From positions 92,876,001 through 92,940,000 of the forward strand of contig NC_043002.1 of assembly GCF_006345805.1 (NCBI RefSeq): a stretch of DNA of 64,000 nucleotides. Direction: 5' to 3'. Positions 54,526-64,000 of this stretch are shown here, one piece after another. The DNA comes from Octopus sinensis. Taxonomy: Eukaryota. A program made the position numbers and the translations under genes. Numbering within the stretch: position 1 is the first letter of the stretch; every line of letters begins with the position of its first letter. Under the pieces are notes generated by a model. The model did not search any database. It was not told the origin of the DNA and was given only the letters and a program-made list of their open reading frames with translations.

Positions 54526-54569
54526 CTCCCTTGAAAATAAACATTGGTTGAAAATATATCTTCGTTTTT
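54526..54569 (-). other. Candidate exon in a CpG-retaining (promoter-like) segment
   Basis: cttatcttctag| acceptor; GAG|GTAAGC donor. Confidence 0.35.
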
Positions 54570-54585
54570 CTAGAAGATAAGTTTG

Positions 54586-54991
54586 GGATCTTTTCGGTTT
54601 GAACGGCAGTTTTTAACATAATTTCTAGGTAACTAAAAAATTTTAAACTTCATATACTGGTAGAATGTGTTTATAAAACATCTTTTTCTCTTGAGTTTAT
54701 TGAGAAAAATCTATAGTTTGTAAGATATTTATTGCTCTTTTTCTGCAATTTCTACCAATCAAATACGTCTATTGAGGTAAAAAAAAAACACTTTGTGCCG
54801 TATGAATATGTCCCTCGTTTAAGAAACAGATTGGGTTTATTTACATTTGTGAAGAAAAAAAGATACCCTTCCCCTAACCCCTAACCCTAAAACAGATTGA
54901 AATGCAATAGATCGATACTAGGGTCATAATTATGGGTGACAATTTCATATGACACCGCTAGAAAAAACTGCCATTCAAACCGAAAAGATCC
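54586..54991 (-). mobile_element. Merlin-like MITE
   Basis: TIRs; TSD TAAGTTTG / TAAGTTTC (7 of 8 match). Confidence 0.85.
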
Positions 54992-55956
54992 TAAGTTTCC
55001 AATAATTGTTATGTATATGCACACATTTTGAAACTGAGACTTCACATTGAGCTATTTAACTTTACATATTGCCATTTGTCAAGCACAGCTTCTAAGGAAT
55101 GGCTAAGCCCGACATCTTTCAAAAGGCCATGATGTCTGAGATAGCTTCATATTCATGATTATAAATGCATTTGTGATTTTTTTTGTTTTTATCTTTTTCC
55201 AGCCTCTTTAAAATAGATTTGCATAAATGAAGTTCACTTCAATAGTCTATAACCTTAAGCACGTTCATAATATTACATCTTCGAAATATTTTACCATCAT
55301 AATGTGATAGAGGCTAACATATAGTCAAACATTATTTTACATTCTTTTTTTTTTCAACTCCAGAAAGATGATTCTTGTCAATAATTTTCTCGCTATTGAC
55401 TTTATTAAAAAAATGAGTGGTAATTCTCAAGAAAGTAAAAAAAATAGAATATTAGATTTGATTAAATTGTAATGTATAAATAACCATTTTAAATACCTTT
55501 AAGTGTCATATATTATTTCGAAATCCAGAATAATTCAAGAAATAGTTTTACATATTCCATGACAGTAACATAGAAGACAATATAAAATATTTGCAAGAAA
55601 GCATGGTTTCTTTGATCAAGTTTACTAAAAGGAACATCTAAAAATAAAAATTAAATAAACAATATGATTTTCAAAAAAAATGGAAACGTCGAGATGGAAT
55701 TACATAAGTGAGTTTTAATTGAGGGATAATAAACAAAATAAATCCATAGCACAACATAAATGAGCAACTGATATTCTACATGGAACTTTCTTTTTAATTA
55801 CCAATAATCAACTGAGCGAATGCCTAAAAGAAAGCCAATTGAATACCATGCTAATTGTAGAACAACTACTTTTATAATGAGCAAACATTAGGGGACCTTC
55901 TTTTCTGAATATTTTGCTCTTAACATGTTAACATTTTGGATTCCTTTATTTATTAA

Positions 55957-56541
55957 ACCTTTAGCATTTAAACCAGTCATATCCAGCCAAAATATTCAAG
56001 CTGTTTTATGTACAAACTGGTCAAATGTGGCCCCTCACACCTACCCTACAATACTTACTTACTTGTACTTGTGGCGACATTCACCCTGGGCAGGTTGAGT
56101 CGGCTTCTTCTACCACCCTCGAGGCACCTCGAACCATGGAGGTGGAAGAAGTTTCGTGGGAATAGGAATTTCACAAGCGGTCCCCAACACTCCCACATGT
56201 AGAGACATCCTGTTTGCCGCAGATTGTCCGCAGACAGGGACAGAACGACCGAGGAGCCGCTGATTGCCGAAACAGACACTCCGAGGATTTTCACCAGAGC
56301 CCTGTGTGCCGGGGTTGTGGCCCTAATACCACTCGGTGTCAGACCAATCTGCCTTGGGTGACCCTACCAGGAACCAAAGTTCAGGCATAGCTCTGATACT
56401 ACCTGTTGCCAGCGTCCCCACCACGTCATTGAAAAATAAACAATCGCAACATCAAAATCTCAAAGCTATAAGATAATGAATGATTAATTCAAAACAATAA
56501 GTAAGCATTACATTTGACAGAATAATCTGAATGCTAAAGAA
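55957..56541. mobile_element. piggyBac-like MITE (TTAA TSD) containing an RTE-derived insertion
   Basis: TTAA|ACCTTTAGCATT ... GAATGCTAAAGAA|TTAA; second copy at 59747-60452. Confidence 0.65.
56053..56425 (-). mobile_element. Internally deleted RTE-like element (5' UTR-like part joined to a 3' tail)
   Basis: agagctatgcc...cctggtagggtcacccaagg 5' UTR-like motif; (AGTA)n tail at 56053-56065. Confidence 0.45.
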
Positions 56542-57189
56542 TTAAATAGGAAACCAGGTTGGCACAAAGTAAGGAAATTATAGAAAATTATTTTATTTTT
56601 GTATTTGGTTTACAAGATTGTTGATGTGAACTCATGTTTGAAACAGATTTTGTTTATATCTTGAGTGGATCATTATGCAAATAATTAACATGCACACTGG
56701 TTCTATTTCACTTCTATTATTATTATTATTATTATTAGTCAACTAATCATTTAACCAATTTACTAATCAGTTGTTTGATTAATCATTCAGTCAACCAATC
56801 AATCAGCCACGTTTATCAAAGTCCTTTTGTTGCCATTTGTGATCCCATCAATTACATACCTACTCTACTTCATATCTGCCTACCTGTCTGTCACAAAAAA
56901 ATAAACTGTAGATAAAAAAATAACATCTAATTCAGACAGGAATATTCAAGGCATCTGTCATCATCAATGACATCTTCCACTCATTATAAAGATTTATAAA
57001 AGTTGCATGTGTTCAAACCATCCTATTTGAAGAATTACTGCCTGAAGGATGATTAGAGTATGTATCTCCCCACTGGTGCTATATCTAATCTGGTAGACAG
57101 CTTGACTTTCCCAACAACAGCTGACCTCAACAAGACTCAAGTAAGTCCCGCAATGGATTATAACCCCCACATTTGCAACAGGACAATTC

Positions 57190-57370
57190 GGAGCCACTAC
57201 ATTCTCAGAGTGGTTGGCATTAGGAAGGGCATCCAGCTGTAGAAACTGTGCCAGATCAAGACTGGAGCTTGGTGCAGCCATCTGCTTCGCCAGCCCACAG
57301 TCAAACCGTCCAACCCATGCTAGCATGGAAAGCGGACGTTAAACGACGATGATGATGATGATGATGATGA
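57190..57370 (+). mobile_element. RTE LINE 3' UTR fragment
   Basis: Ends in (GAT)n. Confidence 0.85.
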
Positions 57371-57839
57371 AGCATTGTAAATAACATCCATTTGATTAGC
57401 ATGAAGTCAATTAGCAACACACTCCAACTTTTCGCCCAGAGACATGCTGTCTCCTCTCTCTGCCTTTTCTACCACCATTTCAGTGGCATCTTCACTTCAG
57501 AGCTAAATAGTGTTGTACCATCTCCACTCAGATCCTTCCAACTCACTTATCTCTCCACCAATTCCCATTGCCCATATCCTGTTCCCCATTTCAAATCCCA
57601 CACTAACCATTACGCCTAGTCCTTCCTCCTAAGAAAATCAACCTCTGAAATGGGAATTTAATCAAAATAAATTACCACATTGTCAATTTAGCTTTTCAGT
57701 TATGGAGATTTTATCTGAATATCAATTTAACCCTTTCTACTGTATTTCTAACAAGATAAAGTGTATTTCAATAATTTTTTTAAATAATCAACAAATTTGG
57801 GGGGAAATTAATAGAATGACTCCACCACAAGGTCCAGTC

Positions 57840-58245
57840 CTTGTTGCAGGACACTTGCTTGTGTGCCTTAATGACCCAGGGAACTATGCCAGCAGAGCAC
57901 AAGCTCCTAGTAGGGTCTTCCATGATGGACAAGTCAAAGGGATAAAGGTCAGATTAATATGGATCACTTCTCTCCAGAAATAAAAATGGGTCTGCATAGG
58001 ACCAACATCTTTACCAAGAAAAAAGCTAAGTTACAGAAGCCTCAATAACAAATCAAAACCAACAAGATTTAGGAGAGGATAGCCTTCTTTCAGGGAAACA
58101 TGATATGGTGCAACAAAATCCGAAAAGGAAACTGCAGGAAAAGTAAGAATCTAAGAGGAGAGAAACAAAAGAGATAACCCAGAGTTAAGAGCCATGGAGA
58201 AAAGTTATTGATGGCCTATGCTCCATGGAGAGCAAAGCAGTTAAG
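57840..58245 (+). mobile_element. Internally deleted RTE-like element
   Basis: aatgacccagggaactatgccagc...ctcctagtagggtc head; ggcctatgctcc...ttaagtaagt tail. Confidence 0.5.
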
Positions 58246-58869
58246 TAAGTGGTCATTATTGATTTCGAATTTTGGTACCAGACCAATAATTTGTGGGGAG
58301 GGGAAAGTCAATTACATCGATCCCAGTGCTCAATCAGTCTTTATTTCATTGACCCTGAAAAGATGCAAGGCAAAGTTGGCCTCGACAGAATTTGAACTCA
58401 GAACATAGGACGAAATATTGTTAAGCAATTTTCCCAGCATGCTAACAATCCTGCCAGCTCACCGCCTTAAACTTGGTCATTATTAGTCTAGTGTAAGGCA
58501 GTGAGCTGGTAGAATCATTAGCACACCGGGCAAAAATGCTTAGCAGTATTTCATCTGTCACTACATTCTGAGTTCAAATTCCATAAAAATAAGTATCAGT
58601 TTAACACTGGGGTCAATATAATCAACTCATGCCCTCCCCCTAAAATTGCTGCCCCTGAGGCAAAATTTGAAACCATTATTAATTGCTTGAAATGTCACTT
58701 AACAAAATGTTCTTATACAAAATTATGGTGGGAGATTTTAATTTAAATATGAACAATTTAAAGCCATCAATTTTCAAATGCGAAATGATTTCAGGTAAGT
58801 TGCTGTAAAAATGGTTTAAATTTTTCCTTAAAAAAATAAAATTACAATGTATAAAAAAATTTTCTTTTT

Positions 58870-58875
58870 TTTATT
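58870..58875 (-). terminator. Probable polyadenylation signal of the RAB34-like gene
   Basis: AATAAA about 430 nt after the stop codon, followed by T-rich sequence. Confidence 0.35.
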
Positions 58876-59301
58876 GGATATGGCCTTTAGTCGATGGGGA
58901 TTATCCCCCTTCGATAAGTATTACTGAACATGCAAGATTAAGCAAAGGACTTTAAACATAGCATGTTAATGCCTAAGTTTTCTTCTTCCATTTATCTGCC
59001 CACCTTTACTTTCATGCTTTTTTTTTCTTTCTGGATTTGGTTTTAAAATACAATACCCTGAATTTTGATTCTGACAAACTGATAATGAGCATAAAATAAG
59101 AGTAAAAATATAAACAGATATACATATAACTTGCTAAAAAAGCATTCCCTGATAATAAATTTTTAAATGTAGGTATGTGGGACAGATATAAAGGAATAGG
59201 TATATAAAATAAATCCCTTTTAAATCATGAGCACAGTTAAATACAAAATACAAATGACTTTGGTTCAATTGCAAATTGTCCAAGAACAGCTGTGAATGGC
59301 A

Positions 59302-59366
59302 TCAGTGACAACATTTTGGTCCACTTCTTGATTTTTCAAAAAGATTTGAATCTTCTCGGTTGATTT
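59302..59366 (-). CDS. RAB34: RAB34/RAB36-family small GTPase, terminal coding exon: (K)INREDSNLFEKSRSGPKCCH*
   Basis: ttttttaaatttcag| acceptor; phase 1 matches the previous exon; recalls human RAB34 RINSDDSNLY...PTCCP; CC prenylation motif. Confidence 0.9.
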
Positions 59367-59746
59367 CTGAAATTTAAAAAAGAAAATACATTAATAAGAG
59401 AAACTAGTAAAGATTTCAATAATTCATCAAATAATTATTTCTAGGGGTCCAGATCCTTTGGGCAAGTGTCTTCTACTATAGCCCCAGGCTATAGGAGATG
59501 ATGGCAGCGGCAGCAGCGAAACATGAGACTGAGTGAACATTTGGGAATAGGAGATAAAATCCTAGAAAGTTATATCTATGATCTAGTTTCAGTTTTCCAT
59601 TGGAACCAATTTTCTTTGCATGATGTCAACTGATACTCATTTAAACTTACATCGGTAGTTTGTATAACATTAATACCTTCAGTTTTTCTATCATTAAAAT
59701 ACCTTTGCTGTACATTGATAAGTTATCAAAAGTGCTATCTATTTAA

Positions 59747-60452
59747 CCTTTAGCATTTAACCCAGCCATCATCATCATTATTGTTTAACGTCCGCTTTCC
59801 ATGTTAGCATGGGTTGGACGGTTTGACCGGGGTCTGGGAAGCCGGGAGGCTGCACCAGGCTCCAGTCTGATCTGGCAGTGTTTCTACAGCTGGATGCCCT
59901 TCCTAATACCAACCACTCCATGAGTGTAGTGGGTGCTTTTTACGTGCCACCAGCACAGGTGCCAGGCGAGGCTGGCAACAGCCACGATCGGTTGGTACTT
60001 TTTACATGCCACAGGCATGGAGGCCAGTCGAGGTGGCGCTAGCAATGGCCAAAAATTATTGCTATTTACTTTCTTGTTGAAAAGGCATAATTTAAAAAAA
60101 CGTGAAAACCGAACCAACATTTTCCAGAAAGATTCCTTGACAATGTACGGCTGTACATATGTCGTTGACATCACAGCTAACTTTCAGCTTATTTCTGACG
60201 CTGTTGCGTAGAACTTGACGGATACTGCAGTTATCAGCATCTGCATTTCCATGGACGAACAAAATATTCTACCTACTTTATGTCCAAATTGACCAAATCC
60301 AGCCTCTCACATCAACCCTACAATTTCATTCTAAAAGCAAACAATCACATCATTGAAATCTCAAAGCTATGATATAATGCATGATTAATTAAAACAGTAT
60401 GAATAAATAAGCATTTATTTAAGTATTCAGAAGCAATCTGAATACTAAAGGG
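59747..60452. mobile_element. piggyBac-like MITE, second copy, with nested RTE UTR (59770-60040) and an unknown insert
   Basis: TTAA|CCTTTAGCATT ... GAATACTAAAGGG|TTAA. Confidence 0.65.
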
Positions 60453-60644
60453 TTAAACCTTTTCAAAGTGAATTATAACAGCACAAGATTATTCTCTAGT
60501 TTCAGATGAGAATGGCCAGAAAGACATGAAGCACCCTGTTGCAAGACAGAGGACACACAACAAAATGTCTCTTGTAATAATCCATAAACCCATTGGTGTC
60601 ATAACTATTTTCCATGCTATGATAAAAATTTCATATACACTTAC

Positions 60645-60761
60645 TAAATATATTATTTCCAATTTTTTTGCCAGAAGCGTCAGTCGGTTCAAGTTCTCTT
60701 AAGACAGCTCTGTCAAATGCCAAAGACACAGCACGAAAGAAGAATTCTTTAACATTCTCTC
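60645..60761 (-). CDS. RAB34: RAB34/RAB36-family GTPase exon: (G)ENVKEFFFRAVSLAFDRAVLRELEPTDASGKKIGNNIF
   Basis: tttttgtattgcag| and |GTAAGT; 117 nt, phase 1-1; recalls RAB34 GENVREFFFRVAALTFE..VL.ELE. Confidence 0.92.
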
Positions 60762-60919
60762 CTGCAATACAAAAAGAATAAATAAATAAATAAATAAATA
60801 ATAATAATAATACCTAACCCTAACCCTAACCCTACATGTACAGATGTATGCTCAACCATGACCAATTGAGGCCCCAGATGTAAACAAAGTTCCTTTCCAA
60901 TGGTTATGGACAAAATATC

Positions 60920-61170
60920 ATCATCATCATCATCGTTTAACATCCGCTCTCCATGCTGGCATGGGTTGGACGGTCCAACTGGAGTCTGGGAAGCCAGAAG
61001 GCTGCACCAGGCCCAGTCTGATCTGGCAGTGTTTCTACAGCTGGATGCCCTTCCTAACACCAACCACTCCATGAGTGTAGTAGGTGCTTTTTACGTGCCA
61101 CCGGCACAGGTGCCAGACAAGGCTGGCAAATGGCCACGATCGGATGGTGCTTTTTACGTGCCACTGGCAC
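60920..61170 (-). mobile_element. RTE LINE 3' UTR fragment (Rab intron)
   Basis: Same UTR family. Confidence 0.8.
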
Positions 61171-61664
61171 TGAGGCCAGTCAAAAAAATATAAGATTCAT
61201 AAACCCACAAAGATCTCAAACAAGCAGATCTACAAAAAAAATGATTGAAGCACTTAAGTATTTGAAATATAATGGAAAATTTGTTTATTAAGAGATGTAA
61301 TCAGAATATTTCAAGAAAGTATCCCTAAAGATGAATTCTAATGGGTACTTGCATGTCTACAGGCATATCATCCTTGGACCATACAAACCTGATCTCAACG
61401 ACAAATAAAATCAGGAATTCATTAACTGAACCTTAATGGTTCACCATTAACTAGAAATGGCTTGAGTATTTCACTAATCCAACATCCATTTCAAAATAAA
61501 GAATCAGTTTACTTGAATATCAGGGATCTTTAGAATACCTTACACAATTATTCTGACCATTTAAATTGCTCTTTGCCCTGTATTGATAGACATTTGATAT
61601 CATTATCTGATTATCTGCTTAGGTTTGTCATCAAATACCTCCTTATAACATAGAATGGCATTAC

Positions 61665-61755
61665 CTGTTTTAGAGGACAGAGCCCAATATTCTGCATCTA
61701 TAGAATTGGCTACTTCTATTGCCTGAAGTTCTACATTCCTATAAGCCGCTTCTGA
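61665..61755 (-). CDS. RAB34: RAB34/RAB36-family GTPase exon: SEAAYRNVELQAIEVANSIDAEYWALSSKT(G)
   Basis: ctaaccttctttctgtttcag| and CAG|GTAATG; G5 box region AEYWA.SS.TG typical of RAB34/36. Upstream exons were not found inside the window. Confidence 0.92.
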
Positions 61756-62274
61756 CTGAAACAGAAAGAAGGTTAGGAGAGATTGTAACAGCATCTCAAT
61801 TAAAACAACTGACGCCAACAATGACACAGTACAACACCAAACACAGCTCAAACACAACACAGACTTCACCCCAAACAACAATATAGCTACACCATACAAC
61901 ACAACCAACAGCAATACAACACAGTCAACACAAGCCCACACAACACAACAATAACACAATACATGGTCATGTGATCAACAATCTAGCATCTAATTATCTA
62001 ATTATCATCATCATTATCATCATCAGTTTAATGTTCACTTTCCCATGCACACATTTGTAGAGGTAAATTTTCTATGGCCAGATAGCTTTCCTGTCTCCAG
62101 CCCTCACCTGTTTTCGAGTAAGGTAATGTTTCCCCATGACCAGACATGTTTTCCTGGAAGACTGGAAACAGAGGACATTGCTTGTATGACAGTAACACTC
62201 ATTTACAACTACCATGCAATATCAAAGCAAGAAGACAGAATTACACACATACATTCATACATATACATACAATC

Positions 62275-62750
62275 ATCATCATCATCATCGTTTAATGTCT
62301 GCTTTCCATGCTAGCATGGGTTGGACGGTTCAACTGGGGTCTGGGAAGCCAGAAGGCTGCACCAGACCCAGTCTGATCTGGCAGTGTTTCTACAGTTGGA
62401 TGCCCTTCTTAACGCCAGCCACTCCGAGAGTGTAGTGGGTGCTTTTCACGTGCCACCGGCATAGGTGCAGATGAGGCTGGCAATGGCCATGATTGGATGG
62501 TGCTTTTTACGTGCCACCGGCACAGAGGCCAGTCAGGGCGGTGCCGGCTACGGCCATGTTCGGATGGTTCTCTTACGTGCCACCGGCACTGGTATCACAG
62601 CTACAAATTCCATTGATGTTGATCGATTTTGATTTTGATTTTCACTTGCCTCAACAGGTCTTCACAAGTAGAGTTTTGTGTCCCAAGAAGGAAAGGTATG
62701 CATAAGTGGACTGGCTACATCCCGGGTAGAGGCCACAGGTTATGGTCTCG
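62275..62750 (-). mobile_element. RTE LINE 3' UTR, single unamplified unit
   Basis: Contains one gattttcacttgcctcaac unit; serves as the monomer reference for the 49-52 kb array. Confidence 0.8.
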
Positions 62751-63119
62751 CTTGTTTACATATATGGCTTTGATGCAAGTCTGAGGAAGTACTGCTCCAA
62801 TGCCTAAAACCACATATATTACGTAATTTTTCTTTTAGAATTTCCGCATAGACTGGCATTGAAAATGGAGATGGTACACAAACATGTGTAACTTACAATT
62901 AAAGATGTGTTAACGAATTTTATTTGTCTTCTCTCCATTGGCTTATTTACTCTTCGCCAAACCATATGACAGTATAATCATCGTGAAACTTGGATTTTCT
63001 GCACGAGAAGTACTCCAGCTTGGGCTTGGATCCTGACAGCATTGATAGCCCAGTATTCAGGTTGAGTGCTTCTCTGGAAATACCCCAACTTCACACCCAA
63101 CTGACTTTATATATACATA

Positions 63120-63327
63120 CAGGGTGCAGCAGAAATACCTCCCATATTTTAAACTTTCACCTATGTGTTGCTAATGAACTTATGCAAGTGCCAAGGATGT
63201 TTTCATTTAGCTAATGAACAAAAACTGTAACCCTTTCTTTAAACAACAGTAAAATTAATTTTTCATAAATGTTGTTTCTTTTTCCTTTTGTCAACCTTTC
63301 AAATGTGGGAGGTATTTCTGCCACACC

Positions 63328-63330
<3 letters not shown>
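63120..63330. mobile_element. Tc1/mariner MITE with TA TSD
   Basis: TA|CAGGGTGCAGCAGAAATACCTCCCATATTT ... AAATGTGGGAGGTATTTCTGCCACACCCTG|TA. Confidence 0.85.
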
Positions 63331-63374
<44 letters not shown>

Positions 63375-64000
63375 TATCTCTATTCTCCCTCTCTTATTCT
63401 TTCTTTCTATTTTTCTCTCCCACTCTTTCACTAATTCTCCTCCCCTTTACAATTCTCTTCCTCTCCCTCTCTCTCCATTACTCTTCCTCCTCGACTCTCT
63501 TATTGCTCACATGTGACCAGTGGCTATCTTTCTTTCTTCTCCTTGCCTTACAAGAGGCAATACGCATTTTTGCCCGTCTCCTGTCAGAGCTCGTTTCTCC
63601 AGCATTCACCACTTCATCTTGTTATGGCTTATCAGCCCTTACCATTAGGTTTTAATGTTTTCTTCTTACTCTCCTGTTTTTGTTACCACTTTAACACTCC
63701 ACAAATCCCAAATTTTATTTAATTTGTTTGCTGGAACGACTGTTTTAACAAAGACGCATCTTGTCCCAAGCATTCAAAATGTGGAGTAGATAAAACAAGG
63801 GACAACTGATGAAGGGATTGTTCTTTATGTTGCCTGTCTCGTTTTTCATGTTGTTCACATTTTTTTGATGTCCTGTACCCATATATGCATGTGTATATAC
63901 ATATATATGTAGGTATGTACATATATGTATATATGCATACTCTTTACTCTTTACTCTTTTACTTGTTTCAGTCATTTGACTGTGGCCATGCTGGAGCACC

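Noticed and set aside
55100-55640. Strong acceptors on both strands with short frames (for example DVPFSKLDQRNHAFLQIFY...)
   Set aside because: All frames stop quickly, AT-rich T-runs mimic acceptors, and no consistent gene model emerges.
61756-64000. Upstream RAB34 exons (G1-G4 boxes)
   Set aside because: I found no FLVGxKxD or DTAGQE-like frame; these exons presumably lie beyond the window.

Overview
AT-rich, microsatellite-dense eukaryotic genomic DNA with no prokaryotic systems. The SINE/LINE repertoire and the (TATG)n, (TATC)n, (TA)n and (CA)n load suggest an octopus genome; this is inference, not a database result. One protein-coding gene is well supported: the last three coding exons of a RAB34/RAB36-family GTPase on the minus strand (61755-61665, 60761-60645, 59366-59302; ends ...SGPKCCH*), with its 5' exons probably beyond the window. 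Most of the rest is mobile DNA. There are three tRNA-derived SINE families (my labels A, B, C), and LINE fragments of the R4/Dong, Tx1, CRE and RTE clades. There are also Penelope-like remnants with hammerhead-ribozyme cores, a Tigger/pogo transposase remnant, Merlin-, mariner- and piggyBac-type MITEs, and non-autonomous Helitrons. The main leads: (1) retroelements seem to partition microsatellites as insertion niches: R4/Dong in (CATA)n, Tx1 in (TATC)n, Penelope-like in (TA)n; (2) SINE C shares its 3' tail with the Tx1 LINE; (3) several hammerhead ribozymes, including a near-canonical inverted pair; (4) a 2.6-kb two-level tandem array grown inside one RTE 3' UTR; (5) a speculative spliced minus-strand transcript (41.8-54.6 kb) with a 12-nt microexon and a phase-consistent 76-aa ORF. 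Almost all six-frame ORFs are microsatellite artefacts. Coordinates were read by eye; boundaries of degenerate repeats are approximate.
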